The notes under the pieces are model-generated. The model did not search any database, was not told the origin of the DNA, and saw only the letters and a program-made list of their open reading frames with translations. A stretch of 64,000 nucleotides of DNA, from NCBI GenBank assembly GCA_017499595.2, contig CM038998.1, positions 1,674,001-1,738,000 on the forward strand, in the 5' to 3' direction. This document shows positions 40,915 to 53,726 of the stretch, in pieces. Each line of letters opens with the position of its first letter. Position 1 is the stretch's first letter. The stretch comes from Psilocybe cubensis. Taxonomy: Eukaryota. The translations under genes and the position numbers were made by a program.

Positions 40915-43521
40915 ATGGCGTATTTATCGGAAAATTTTGATTTGCAGAGTTCCAACTCTACCACCTCCTCAGAGTTACAATCTGGCAGTGAAGTGCATAA
41001 AAGACGCAAAATCGACAGCACCCCTCACAACCCGAAAAGTCACGAAGATGAAACTCACTCCATTAAGCTACCGAATATGGGTCGTAGAAGAGGTAGGAGG
41101 CTTGCTGCGCTTCCCGGAATGCCCTTGGATATCTTGTTTGAGGTATAGTAATTTCTCCCTTTTGTACCGTTTGTTAACTTGCATGTTATTATTTGAAGAT
41201 ATTTGGACATCTTCACCCTTATGACCTTCTAAAGCTGTCGAGAATGTCTAAAGATTTTCGACGATTACTTCTTAGCAAGTCATCCGTTTCCGTATGGAAG
41301 GACAGTCTCGCAAATGTTCCCGGTTTGCCTGAAAGCTTTCCGGGAATGACAGAAGTGGAATGGGCAAACCTGGCCTTTTCCCCACATTGCCATGTACATG
41401 CTATCCGATTCTTTTAACGGGTACATCAATCTCTGATTTTTCGGTCTAGGTTTGCCTAGCTCCAAACATCAGGGCGGTTGAATGGCGTTTTAAAATACGG
41501 ATTTGTTCAAAATGTGCCAAGGACCAGTGAGAAACTCCAACCGTTCGCATTTCCTTGGGCACCTAAATGTGTTGCAGTTTCAGAGAATTTTCACGCATGC
41601 CCATGCTTGACCGCACCTTCCGTACCTTACTAGGCGATGTCATTCCAACGCGAAGAGCAAAACGTACGTTGTTGTTGATTCCTCATTATGCATCCCAGTG
41701 AAATCTGAGTTGAATTCTAGGAGGTCATGCAGTTTGTCTTGCCTCCGATTTCGATGCAGTAATGTCAGAGTACAAGGAAATCCAAGATGATGAATCTCGT
41801 ACACAATACATCAGGGGAAAAAATGCTACCCTTGACAAGTTTCTCAAAGTAATTTTCTTGACTCACGATCATTTTGTATGTTATTCAAAACATCATAGCA
41901 CGCCCAACGCTGTGAGCACTGGGAAGGCACCCAATCTCGAGATCGCTGTGAAGAGTTAGAACAGCTGAGGAAAGAAAGATTAGCCGCGTAAGGAATCAAT
42001 TACTTAAGACTGAAGCATATTCACTGACGCGCTGTGTAGTATTGAGAGGAAACTTATTGAACTCGGATGGGAGCAGGATGTTAGAGGCATAAAGTATCCA
42101 GACTCACTTGCTAGGCATAAGCTGGTGCACCGACCTCAACTTTTGACAGAAAGGAGTAAGTTAACCGCAGCAATTTTTTTCTGTCTTGCAAAAACTTACC
42201 TTTCCAAATATCCTAGTATGGACTAACATCAAGCCTGGTATTATAGAGTTCATGGAAGAGATGAAGGAGAAACGATTGAGACGCGAGATTGAATCAATAC
42301 ACGCAGCACGTCGCAAAATTTCACTCGATGCCGTTCGCACCTTCAAGAAATCAAAAATGAAAGACAATATCCTCATACCAACTAGTCTGGAACTGTGGCG
42401 ATACCAGCCTATCGAAGAAATCATCAATGCACCTCGAGATAAAAATATAACTGTTTCCAGCTTTGACGAAGTCATGCTTGATTTTCCGAAGTTTGTTAAT
42501 GAATGGCGTCAATCCATTGCTCAAAGGGTAACTTCTATTATAAAAAATATCCAAGGCGAGGTGCGGGAGGATTTTTGCTACGATGATTTCTCTGAACAAA
42601 CTTCCAATAAAACCAACAAATTATTTCCCAATGCCAATCTATCCGAGGACCAATTGTTAGCAAAAATGTCGCTTGCTTCCACAGTCTTTCGATGCAACCG
42701 CTGCAATCGTCCGAATTCATGGGATGATTGCGCCTGGGATCTCGACGACAACTGGGTAACGTTGTCCAATCCATTATTTTATCCTCATGTTCTTGGACAT
42801 CACTGCCTTTATGATGATGATGATATCTACATCTATGACCAACCACGAGGTCAGCTATGGAGCAGTACTTCCCTGGCCTATGACGCACTGTCCAGTAAAC
42901 ATGCCGAAAAACTTGTCGAATCGATCGGTGGTGATCCTGCGGTAACTACAACCGACGATATGGATGGCCTGAATCTCAGATTTCTCTGTCGCCTATGCCC
43001 AAAGTCGAAGGAGAAAGAACATGAAGAACCAGTTCTGCCTTTGTTTGACTGGCGCGCTGCGGTAAGACCTGAAGCCAAGTATCTTTTTCTCTCGATGCTA
43101 ACTTTATTGCTAGATCCAGCATATGACTGACTATCACTATTCCAAGTTTTCATTCACAATTGTCAAGCAAGTCAATTTGGATCATGAAATCATCGAAGCC
43201 GAGGCAGATTATAGGGACAAGGATCCAATATGGCGATGTATACATTGCTATGGCACAAACCAAGACCCTCAATCGCCAATGACCGTCGAAAACGTTGCAA
43301 GACATTTTTCCTACGTGCATCGGGATATCCTTTCACCAATTCGCCACGTAGACTATTATGAAGATTTCGCTTCCCCAAACTTGCATACCAACCACTATCG
43401 TCATCATATACTCTACGTCCGCTGCTTAAAAAGTGGACAATACAAACTGGCCACTGAATTTATGGAATTGTCGAATCCTGGCGTTATCGGCCATGTCAAC
43501 TACGGGTTTGACATCTATTGA
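40915..43521 (+). CDS. F-box protein of the agaricomycete-expanded type; ~9 exons
   Basis: F-box LPGMPLDILFE/IFGHLHPYDLLKLSRMSKDFRRLL followed by several CxxC motifs. GT-AG introns keep the frame. Confidence 0.85.
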
Positions 43522-43751
43522 ATCAAGTGCACACTCACTGTTGAATACCTACATTTCTAATCTGTCGAACTTCCAGACTTTTGGATCCTGAGTTCTGATT
43601 GAAGATGTATGATTCATTTTTTGCACAAGTCCTTTCACATAATAGGAAGTATTGACATATCGATACAAACATGTGGTCCTTCTTCTCCTTGTATAAAATA
43701 CATAATACATAGTTTTAACATACGAATTAAATTTACAATCATTGAACAAAG

Positions 43752-45263
43752 TTAAAACCCCTCTTTACCCATGTCCCACTCTCGTACAGACCCTCTCTTC
43801 TTGTACTCGATGTTCATTATACTGGCAGTCTCTCCTGCCCATCTATCGGCGACAGCTGGACCCGAATCAACTACAACGCCAGACTTCTTGCTCTTGCTCT
43901 TTTCTTTCGGTGGTAAGAGTCCAAGCCTTTCTAATCTCTTTTTCTCCTCTTTGTCTTCTCTCCGAATGCGAATGAGTTCTAGCATTGCATCCCAACCCTC
44001 GAACTCGGCGTTATCGATAAGGCCTGTCGCTGGGACTTTAGGCGCCGTGAGCGGGGCAACGTCAAGGCGTGGGTCGTAAGATTCTTCGAAATAACGATCC
44101 ATTTTTGAAGGAAGTTGAATGGCTGGCTGTGGACCGGGACTTGGGGACCTTGAAGGCGCCGGAGACGAGCTTCGTTTAGATGATAAAGCTACTGCAGGGT
44201 CGAAGTTATCCGCAGCGCCTGGTTGTTCATACCCTCGGCTGTCTGTCCTACGAGAACTCGGTCTCGACTCGGAAAGTAAGGAAGAAGATCTGCGGTCTTT
44301 CGAAGGAACATCGTCGCGTATGTCGTCTAGTGCATATTTTGGTGACCGTGAACGTTTGCGCTTTCTGGGGTTTGAATCTTCGCTTTGAGAACGCGAACGA
44401 TGTCGGCGGGCGGGTGAACGACTGTTGGATCGACGAGGATGGTAACGTTCTCGACTACGGTGATGTTTATGGCGACCAGAACCTTCGTCGTGGGGATCAC
44501 GACTTACGTTTGTGGAGTCAATCCTCCTGGGTGAAGTGCTTCGACTGTGACCACGCCTATGCCTTCTCCGATGTGAGCCCTCTTCTTTCTCATCATCTTC
44601 AAAATGATGAGTTCGTGAAGACCCGTCTTGTTTACGGGCTCTACTCTTCGACCGAGGCTTTGACCTGCTTCTGCGGCGTCTCCGAGGCTTTTCAGAGTCC
44701 TCGTCCTCATCATATCCGTCCCATACCTCCCAATTCCGTGATACTTTCTTCCGTTCAGCGGTCCTTCCGTCCCATCTATCCCAGCCGTCCTCATCATTTG
44801 CCCTCTTCCGCTTTGAACTCCTTCCAGATCGGCGAAGCCTTTCTGCCTCTGCCGCCTCCTCTGCCCTGGCTCGACGCTGTCTTCTCTCCTGTTCCTCCCG
44901 CTCTCTTTTGACTTCTTGGGCAGCCTGTGCCTGTGCCTTCAATATTGTCCTATTGTGGTCGTCTGTACTCTTGATAATGGAAGATAGGAAACGTTTGTTC
45001 GGCTTCGGGGCATTGGGGTCAGAACTACAAGGACAAATAAGTAACAAAGGTGAGAGCTTGGTAAAACGTAATGCATACACATTGCTGGAGATATAGGCAC
45101 GGATGCCCTGCTGGCCATAGCGTTCCGCTTTCTTCTTTGCCTCCCGTACTATGAGTTCAGCGACATGGCGATCGAGGTCATCGTCGGTAACGGTAGCCGG
45201 TACGGAGGTGCCCATTGAGGCCCGAACGAGGCTTGAGACGACTGACGACAGCGACGACGACAT
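43752..45263 (-). CDS. Arg/Ser-rich putative nuclear protein; 2 exons
   Basis: Ordered N-terminus (DLDRHVAELIVREAKKKAERY...PNKRFLSSII), long RS/RH-rich middle, C-terminal VREWDMGKEGF. Confidence 0.8.
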   Translation of the reverse strand: MSSSLSSVVSSLVRASMGTSVPATVTDDDLDRHVAELIVREAKKKAERYGQQGIRAYISSNVYALRFTKLSPLLLICPCSSDPNAPKPNKRFLSSIIKSTDDHNRTILKAQAQAAQEVKREREEQERRQRRARAEEAAEAERLRRSGRSSKRKRANDEDGWDRWDGRTAERKKVSRNWEVWDGYDEDEDSEKPRRRRRSRSKPRSKSRARKQDGSSRTHHFEDDEKEEGSHRRRHRRGHSRSTSPRRIDSTNVSRDPHDEGSGRHKHHRSRERYHPRRSNSRSPARRHRSRSQSEDSNPRKRKRSRSPKYALDDIRDDVPSKDRRSSSLLSESRPSSRRTDSRGYEQPGAADNFDPAVALSSKRSSSPAPSRSPSPGPQPAIQLPSKMDRYFEESYDPRLDVAPLTAPKVPATGLIDNAEFEGWDAMLELIRIRREDKEEKKRLERLGLLPPKEKSKSKKSGVVVDSGPAVADRWAGETASIMNIEYKKRGSVREWDMGKEGF

Positions 45264-45691
45264 CAAGACCAGCCTAATTCCGTCAGCGCTGAGACGGTTG
45301 CCTGTGGAATGCAAATAGATGGAGGGTCGACTTGGAAGACGAACACCAGCGTCGGGGACAACTCAGAAAGGACATGATGTGCTTGGTGTTATTTGGCTAC
45401 GGTGGCAGACCACGAGGTTAGGTTCAATGAGGAAAGAGCGTGGCCCATTTTGACTCAATACCATATCCAAATTGAGACCAGGCCCCTCGATCATCTACAT
45501 ATTTCTCAGTTTCCAACGCCGTGTTTCAAGAGGTTAGTCAATTGATGGCGCGCCGTAATGACAGCGGGCACAACTCCCGGCGTCACAGTTTCCCTGGAAA
45601 TTAGCTCTAATTTTCGTCGACGCTCCCTAACCTAATGCAGAATATGACTAGGAAATCAGAACAGGGCCACAAACCCTAATAATGGAATATA

Positions 45692-46283
45692 AGATTGGGC
45701 TCATCAGAAACCAGCACCCTTACGTAATCAATGGGCTTGGCGCCAAGAGCGGCCAAAATCCAGCTCGAAAAAAAAATCAAAAGTTATGTTGACGGAAAAT
45801 GGTTTCAGACAAAAAGTTTAAAAAAAAAAAATTCATAAATGTGCATATACAATCCTTACTACTAGCCTTTATGCCCACAATAATAGAATTACACCTCAGA
45901 GGTCAAATTGTAGTCTCTGGAAGTCCATAATGAGTCTGAGAGGTATTACTTAGGCGTGACTTATTGTCACGTGTGGTCACGTGTACCATTATATAAGCGG
46001 CCAAAAGAACATTGTCAAATTTTCGAAAATCTCCCAAACTCGAGAAAACACCATTTCTGACGTGTTAGACTAAAAAAAAAGGAAAAAAATTAAAATCTTT
46101 ATAACTTCTTGAGATCAAAATTTTTTTGAAAAAAAAAACCACAGATGTGTTCAAAGAAGCATAACCTACATATCTGTGGTTCAAAAATGTAGAATAGTGT
46201 GAGTGCAGAAGGGTTGAAAAGGTTCGGAGGTAAGCCAACTTTTGCTTACCTAAGGGGGTGCTGGTTCCTGATGAGCCCAATCT
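45692..46283. mobile_element. Non-autonomous DNA transposon (MITE), 592 bp, TA-flanked
   Basis: TIRs AGATTGGGCTCATCAG(A/G)AACCAGCACCC (27/28 identical, extending imperfectly to ~40 bp). TA at 45690-91 and 46284-85. A/T-tract-rich non-coding interior. Confidence 0.85.
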
Positions 46284-46325
46284 TATCTCTAAATCAAAGA
46301 TGATGTATCTATACGACTAGTAATG

Positions 46326-46343
46326 TATATATATATATATATA
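46326..46343. repeat. (TA)9 microsatellite
   Basis: tatatatatatatatata read directly. Confidence 0.9.
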
Positions 46344-46654
46344 ATAGTTATAAGTAGTTTACTAATATGATGGCGAATGTGCGAAAGTAGTGGTCTACTA
46401 TTTGAACAGGAATGTAATGGAGAACGAAATGAAGTAATCTTCGATTCACGGTGGATGAAAATGATGCATATTATAGATAGCAGTATTATATGAAGGCCAC
46501 AAGGTGTTGCGCCAATATAACAGTAGATAACGTGAAAAATTGCAGGAGAAATGAATTGCTTGATATACAGTGGTGTGATTCGTGGCGTCGTAAAATGCGG
46601 GCGTAACAGTGATCCTTAGCAGGCGGGGACAGTTTTAAGTAATCGGAAATCAAG

Positions 46655-47860
46655 TTACACTGGTTTCTGATGATACAAGTAAGCACATCGTTCCATGAAA
46701 GAAAAAGTTGAAAGGAAACGTACAGTCATATCCAGCGTGCGAAACGCCCGCAAATCGCTGGTGATCTTCAGTTCTATCCCTTGATATACACATGCCATTT
46801 TGAGAGAAGGAAGGAGAGAGTGGGAGCGGCCGCTTTCCCATTGTTGGACGTCGATGGTCTTCAATGATTCGTTCGTTTTGATAACATCAATGACAAAGTT
46901 TAGAGGTGTGTCACGGTCTAATCCAAATGCCAGATGTTCTACTTGTCGGGGGAAGCACTTGTAAAGGCTTGGAGGTAGCAAAGGGTTCTCTGTCCTCAGT
47001 TCCACTAGGCCATTGCACTTCGAAACAAGGTTGGGCAGCTCGGGTGAACCAAAAGCTGGCAATGACATCGATTTCAAGCTTGAACCATGGGCGTTGACTA
47101 GGTATTCAAGCGCCTCAACGGAGGGGTCTCGTTGGAAGTGCAAGGTTCGGAGAGAGCCGGTGGAATTATGGAGAAGCCACTTCAGAAAATCGACGGAAGG
47201 TGTCGTCTGGAAATTGAGGCGTAGCCCGCGAAGCGAGCAAGGGAACGGGGGCGGGGAACTCTGGAGATGCTTCGGTGACGTGCCTCCGATTGATAGAAAT
47301 TGAAGAGATGGCCAAATTTCGAGCAATTGGAATATGGACTGCTGATTTTCCGACCAGTTATCAAAATGAAGGTGATCGATCCTGGGTCCTGCTTTTAGGA
47401 GCGAAAGAGTTTGTTCATCGAAAGATGGTGCGGGTCGTCGTAAACGTGAAACATCTGGGGACCCGACAATATCTTGGCCGGGCTCTGCACACCCATACAG
47501 GGAAATATCAAGCTCTGCCAATTTGGGACACGCGTTGACGGCCAAAGCGAACGAGTGGGGGTGCAAACCAAGGGGCTGGTTGTGGTCCAAAACGACGCTT
47601 AGACGCTTGACCGCGTCTCCTAAAATAGCGCCATGGGGAGTGCTACGATCGACGGCGCTCATGAAGAGCTGATAGGAGCGCTGACTCCGGAGGGAAACCT
47701 GGGAAAACAATATTCTTTGGGCAGGGGTAGACCAGGCTCTGCAGACCAACGAACAGGCCCTGAGGAGAGCGACATAGGCGTGTGTGTCGACCTGGGTGGA
47801 GGCAGCCTCGATAAAGGACAAGACGAGCTCGAGAGGCATTCTAGGAGAGGTTTGGGGCAT
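46655..47860 (-). CDS. F-box-like / LRR (RNI-like) protein; 2 exons
   Basis: MPLELVLSFIE...LRACSLVCRAWSTPAQRILF F-box-like motif followed by LxxLxL repeats. A short in-frame terminal intron precedes KPV*. Confidence 0.82.
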   Translation of the reverse strand: MPQTSPRMPLELVLSFIEAASTQVDTHAYVALLRACSLVCRAWSTPAQRILFSQVSLRSQRSYQLFMSAVDRSTPHGAILGDAVKRLSVVLDHNQPLGLHPHSFALAVNACPKLAELDISLYGCAEPGQDIVGSPDVSRLRRPAPSFDEQTLSLLKAGPRIDHLHFDNWSENQQSIFQLLEIWPSLQFLSIGGTSPKHLQSSPPPFPCSLRGLRLNFQTTPSVDFLKWLLHNSTGSLRTLHFQRDPSVEALEYLVNAHGSSLKSMSLPAFGSPELPNLVSKCNGLVELRTENPLLPPSLYKCFPRQVEHLAFGLDRDTPLNFVIDVIKTNESLKTIDVQQWESGRSHSLLPSLKMACVYQGIELKITSDLRAFRTLDMTVRFLSTFSFMERCAYLYHQKPV

Positions 47861-49933
47861 AGGTCGGGACAGAGAGGGAGTTGAGAGGGTGGAGCAAGAA
47901 GAAACATTATGCTGGATAGGCCTCGGAATAGTATAAAAGCTAGAAAGAGAGAAGGAGCAGGCTCGTGTCGGAGAAAGTTGGAGAGAGAAGTCGAAGAAAG
48001 GCATTATGGCAGAAAGATTTCCGCCGGTGGATAGGGATACAGAGGCAGCAGAGGCGGAAGCATAGCAGAAGAGGAGCTGTATATAAGTAACAAGCAAGTA
48101 AAGGAGTCACTTCCGTCAACTCAGATCTCCGATGACATATACTACCGTGCGAATTCAAATATTTCCGCCTCCATTTCCAACTGCGGATCTTGCCCTTTCT
48201 CTTTTGTTCTCTTACCACCATCCTCAGGTTACCGTCACTACGGCATTAACCTCAAGGGTCACACAGAACCTTATGTCGCCCCTTGACACCTCCGAACAAT
48301 GCGCTGCCACCGTGCTTACCACCATTCATCTTGCCATAAATGCTCTCTTTTCTGAAATCCAATCCAATATTCGATTCTTCCACCTCGGGCAGTCACTAGA
48401 GTCCCATTCGTCTAATTTCATTCACATCATTCCCCAAGTTTCATCTTTCTCATCATTTCCCGTCATTCGTACCTTGCAGAATCCTGCTTTATACCTCCCA
48501 AAATAGGCTTTGCCCGAATGGCATCCAATTTATGGTTATTAACACAACGCCAGGGCCAAGGCCTTAGGTTCGTTTCATCCTCCACTATGTGGAGTTCACT
48601 AAATTACTGGACAAATCTTTGAAGATAGGTTGTTTCCTTCCTATCGCTCGGACTCGGATCTCAACAAAACACAAACAATCCCCAATGGTAAACGACTTCA
48701 ATGGGTTCTAATTTATGTCACCGCAGGCAAATGAAAATGTTGTCGCATGTGCAATGTTTCTACTCCTGTTCGTGGAACATCTCTCTATCAGCGACAAAGC
48801 GTGCTTCCACCGCTTTTGAGCGGTAACATGCCATTTCCTCGAGGCCGACTTCTGTCCATGCCCTCGCTTATCCCGCATACCTTTCCTGAATGCGATGTCT
48901 ATCTAAATACACCTAGCCTAATACTGTGCTCAGAATAAGCTTTTCTCTCTTTCCATTAGCTTTGGTGCTCGTGGCACATCGCAACTTTTATTGAGGTGCT
49001 ATCTATGTTTTTTTGGATCGTAAACTTTCAAAAGTTGCTCTTCAAAGGTAACCTGTATTATTACAAAGTTAGGCTCGCGAGAATAAAAGAAAAATGCTCC
49101 GCCCCGAGACTTGGCGTCGATTATGTTGATGCTATATATTGTCTGTGTAATAACAAAAAATTACGACCGTTTTTTACGGCCTCAAGTCTAGGATCGAGTC
49201 AATGCGCTCACTATCCTTACACCCATGCAATAATCCCGAAGTCCCGGTCTTTTTTGCATCCGCAAAAGGCAATTTGCGGCATGTTTTAAGTATACCATAA
49301 ACGTGGTCAATGGGTATAACGTACCGCAACTCTCACGCCAACTCTGAAAAACGGCGCATTGTTCTGTCAAAATAATTGAGATGATGCGTCCCGTGAGTCG
49401 TGTAGAATTGACAGAACAATAAGCCATAGGTGTTTTTATGCGGTAGTAGTCGGTTGACACCGATATACGCGATCGAGAACGCGTTGTACTACCGAGAAGT
49501 AGCGTGGTACTGACAGTGACAAAACCACGCGAAATTCTGCAGGGACCCTCTGATCTACACATTTAAACTTATCGCAGGCTAAAGTGTTTACGTTAACTTT
49601 TACAACACTGTTTCAGTGAAGCACCGACATCTGGTTGACGATGGAAAGAATGTGTAAGATTCTGAATGAACAAGGTGTTGATGGCTGCACCAGTACGTTT
49701 GCATCTTGTTCTTCAATAAGTTTGGAGAGTACTATCTGATATGAAAATTGGGGATAAAATCGGCAACTTGCTAATGAACGCATCTCGGTGTTCAAATATC
49801 CCGGATAAACGGACCGAAAATTTGACGCATTTTCGAGCTTTGCGAGAACTTGAATGCTTTCTCAAGTGGTACATCAACCACGTACGAATCCGTTTAATGG
49901 AATTGAAACTACACCCAAGAAAAAGGGCGGGCT

Positions 49934-51958
49934 TTATGATTCATCTCCGCTGTCTTCTTCGTTCTCTTCCAATACAAAGTCTTCCCAGTCCATTACCACA
50001 TTCGGTAGTGATTCACCACCGCCCTCAAACGAGGAGTCTAGCTTAACTCCATAGACGCCTTCTACCAAGGCTCGCCTCACAAACGGTATCAGAACTCCAA
50101 AGTATACCTGACCGAATGCCATAATCACCCTCTTCTCCTTTTCGTTTTCATCTTCTCCATCATCTGAATTGCTGTCATTTGCAATCGATGGCTCATCTCT
50201 GCAAAATGCTTTGATGTATGCGAGCAGAGCTTGACCTCCGTTGCACAGAACGTCATCGTCTAAGATACGAATCAGGGTTGGGAGGATATTTGTAGGAGCA
50301 AGTAGTCGCAGTCCGTTTAAAACCCCAAGAAGAGAATTGGTGTGTTCAGCGAGCGGTGGATACGATGCCAGCATCTGGGGTGGAATATGAGGGGGACTTT
50401 GAGAAAAGGTGGTGGTAAGGGCCGTGGCCGGTGTAACAGGGACCGGTGGTAACTCTGCAGTATCAGATATGATTAACCACTTCGAGGGTGTTTCCCACTT
50501 CGCCTTTAGTAATACGCCATTGGATCTTTGGGTATCTATTCGACTTGTGGCTGAGGGTACCTTAAAACGTGCAACGAAAGTATCGCTTGCAGATTTCATT
50601 TCATGACTGATGACTTCAGTCACTGCGTCAGAAAAAAGGCAGGAGAGGATGCTTCGAAAGTCTAGCCCTACCCGCGCGAAAGCAGTGGAGCAGTAAGACA
50701 GCTGAGTAAGAAAGGATGGTAACAAAGAGAGAGATAAAAGAGGGAGACTGGGGGATAGCAACGGCAACAGGTGCGTCGTAAGCGCACGAGAAGCGTAAGT
50801 CGTGATTAGAGAATGTAGTCGTATCCAATTATGACTGGCGTCGGTTGTCTGAACAGAATCCGATGTAGTTTTCGCGGAGGCGGGTTTCGTAGGTGATTGT
50901 GGTACTGAAGTGGTAGATGACTTTTCCAGGAAAATGGTCGAATACTGAGTGATGACATCATATACACCCTCTCTCCAGAGATCAATGTATTTCTTAAGAT
51001 ACCTTGCAAGGTCTTCCTTTTCTCGGTCGTCCAATTGTCCATGGTTCGTCATACGCAAAACATCACTCCCGCAAGGCTCCAAAGTCGATTTTAAACAGGA
51101 TTCTCGACCTACAAGGAAGGCTAGAGCGATCTGTTCCTCGCTGCTGAGATCCTCTCCAAAAAAATCACTGAATTTGTCGCGGTCTGACTGGGCAGAAACT
51201 GTCTTCAAGACTGCGGAGGTAAACGGGGAGGATGGGCCAAATACATCCATTTTTCGCAAGAAATTTACCGCTTTCCAGAGAGCCGGAAGCTTACGATTTG
51301 GTTCGTATAATGTTGTCAATAATGTTAGCAACATCTGCATGATGGAGTGGTGGACCTCCGAAAGAACAGAAGATAGTATGAGAGTAGGAGGTTTGTTTGA
51401 TAGCGCTGCATTCGCCGCTAACGACTTGGCGTGTGATACAAGAGAGAGCGCCTCTGAAAAATAACCATTCCGCACGCATGTATCGATGAGAATTGGAATC
51501 TCCAATAGGTCCCGTATCTTTTCGTGCTGTTCCAACACAATGCGAGCCTTGCTCCGCTCCTTCAATATTGTGTCTGTTCGTTCTTTCCATCCTGCTGCAC
51601 ATTCTTCCAAGGCCGGTAGGCTTGAGGTCAAAAGGGAGTCGAGAGACGACGAAAGGGTTGTGAGAGATGCAGTTAATGCGTTGGTGGTTTGGTGTAATGA
51701 CAAGAATGTGGGGTAAGAGGTATGCGTAAGAGACGTTAAACTTGATGTAAGATGATGTGACTGTGTTTGAAGAATAGCAGGTTCCGCCAGCAAGTCTTGT
51801 AAAGAAAATGTTGTCAAGTTGGAAAGGTATGCTTGAGACCTCTCTTTTGTCAATTCTTCGAGTGGTAATTTTGATGACGATGCGATAACGTCGGTGAGAA
51901 AAGACACGTCGACTAAACGAGACGTGCTGGACACTGGTGTAGTCGATTCCTGGCTCAT
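49934..51958 (-). CDS. COG8: Conserved oligomeric Golgi complex subunit 8 (Dor1), single exon
   Basis: 674-aa ORF with LLEIPILIDTCVRNGYFSEAL, LSYCSTAFARVGLDF and PPLAEHTNSLL...LNGLRL motifs. Confidence 0.92.
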   Translation of the reverse strand: MSQESTTPVSSTSRLVDVSFLTDVIASSSKLPLEELTKERSQAYLSNLTTFSLQDLLAEPAILQTQSHHLTSSLTSLTHTSYPTFLSLHQTTNALTASLTTLSSSLDSLLTSSLPALEECAAGWKERTDTILKERSKARIVLEQHEKIRDLLEIPILIDTCVRNGYFSEALSLVSHAKSLAANAALSNKPPTLILSSVLSEVHHSIMQMLLTLLTTLYEPNRKLPALWKAVNFLRKMDVFGPSSPFTSAVLKTVSAQSDRDKFSDFFGEDLSSEEQIALAFLVGRESCLKSTLEPCGSDVLRMTNHGQLDDREKEDLARYLKKYIDLWREGVYDVITQYSTIFLEKSSTTSVPQSPTKPASAKTTSDSVQTTDASHNWIRLHSLITTYASRALTTHLLPLLSPSLPLLSLSLLPSFLTQLSYCSTAFARVGLDFRSILSCLFSDAVTEVISHEMKSASDTFVARFKVPSATSRIDTQRSNGVLLKAKWETPSKWLIISDTAELPPVPVTPATALTTTFSQSPPHIPPQMLASYPPLAEHTNSLLGVLNGLRLLAPTNILPTLIRILDDDVLCNGGQALLAYIKAFCRDEPSIANDSNSDDGEDENEKEKRVIMAFGQVYFGVLIPFVRRALVEGVYGVKLDSSFEGGGESLPNVVMDWEDFVLEENEEDSGDES

Positions 51959-52528
51959 AGTCGATGGGATATGAATATTCTACTAGATTCTATTATGGTT
52001 GGAACGCGTGGTGGTAGCTTCGAATGGTGGATAGGTCGTTAGCAACATTTGGAGGGTCAGAGATAACTCAGAGAAGACACCCACCTCCTTATTCCTTATC
52101 CTAGTATAGGTCAAGATTGTGTGGGTTGTCGGGAATCATGACTGTGATCGCGGTGGGCACTATTATGTAACTACCCCTCTCTTTCCTCCAGACATCCATT
52201 GCGTTTCTCAAACAGAGCCTCAAATGATGTGCCTTGCGACTTAACTTTGTACTCCCTTTATAAATGGCACGCATATCTCCCCACCCTATGTGCCCAAGGT
52301 TTGCCCAGAATCTTGTTCAATGTTTACTACCTCACCGGGCCGCTGGGAAGGGTCACGGCTGCTGGCTTTTATTCGCATCCTTTTTGGTTTGAAGTGAAAC
52401 TGTGCCGCGATCGCATCTCCTCCTTTCGCTGGCATGTCTCATCACTATCCTTTATATTGGTCTAGTTGTGACTTTCTATTCGTCGACTTGACTCTACCCA
52501 CCCTCCTGTTTTTCCTTGGGCGGCAATC

Positions 52529-53726
52529 ATGTCTGCTGAAACGTGGAGAACGACATTGGCGGCGCTTCGTCTGAAATACAAGATGCCTACGACCATCAGT
52601 TACCGACGTCTGCTCCTCATTCGTATAGCAGCGGTCTTCTCATTTACGGCGTATGCTTGTTCTCAAGCCTATGCTTTGCATCTTCCTGGACCGGAACCAC
52701 CAAAGCCATATTCCCCGAATGACTCGTTCATCATCACCTTCTTCGTGCTGTCTGCGATTATAAATATTCACTGGCTTCTCCAATTGTTTTTTGAGTGGGA
52801 CATTTCTGGAACTACGCTTCCTTTGACATTTGGATGGAGCGAAGAGCCTTGCTGTATATCGGCGGACGATGAACTCTTAACATCGCCTAATCTCTCTGAA
52901 GAATTCGATCGTGACGCCCGTGTTTTTACCGCAAATCTCAGTTCCGCTCAAGTCAGGTGCATCCCTTTCAGTATAGCAGGCAATGTTTTCATGGGTGTGG
53001 ACTTTCAATCTGTCTTCTACTTTTGAATTCACACTGACCTACAACTTACAGCTGCTTGGGGATATGCCTGGTCAAATGAATACTACACAGTATCACAGAT
53101 CATGCTCACTGCCAACCTCGCTACCAATCTTTATGCTGTTTTCATGCTTCTACATGTCGAAAACGATGATCGCATTACTCCTGCCAACTATATTACCCAC
53201 TTTGTCATGAAAACGAATACTGGGCTTGCGGTGCTTTACATGTGGAAAAACTGGGGTGTTATTGATGTTGGTGCATTTTCTCCGATACAACACAAGCGGC
53301 TGATCGCAGCATTAGCCATCAACAACACCTTCTATGGCTGAAATGATCAATAGCTGTGTCATATTTCTTTTAATGGTGTGTTCCCCCATCCTTTTTTGTA
53401 GCCATATTTCTTTGATGCTCACTGACTTGTAGACAGTGGGGTCGGGTCCAGATCCGACTTTGGGCATCTGCCTGCTCTATGATCTAACAGCACTCATTTC
53501 TGGCGACACCACAAGCGAACTGTGGTATTATTCGTTCCATTGGACATCAATAGCTGTCAGCATGTGTCTCCTAATCGAACTCAAGTTATCACGGAGCAAC
53601 AACTTTTCCTGGTTAAAAGGATTCGACCAGCCAGTGGGCCTCTGGTTTCATCGAGACCGACCTGGGCGAATTTACCTCGAAAAAGATCTTGAGAAACGCG
53701 GCAACGTGACCTTCGTTCGTTCCTAA
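52529..53726 (+). CDS. Hypothetical multi-pass membrane protein; 4 exons
   Basis: ORFs 52529-53026, 53102-53341 and 53436-53726 join via three GT-AG introns. Several hydrophobic helices. Confidence 0.7.

Noticed and set aside
46261-46285. CTGATGA in the MITE TIR as a hammerhead ribozyme core
   Set aside because: No stem II closing onto GAAA follows; the apparent partner is simply the complementary TIR.
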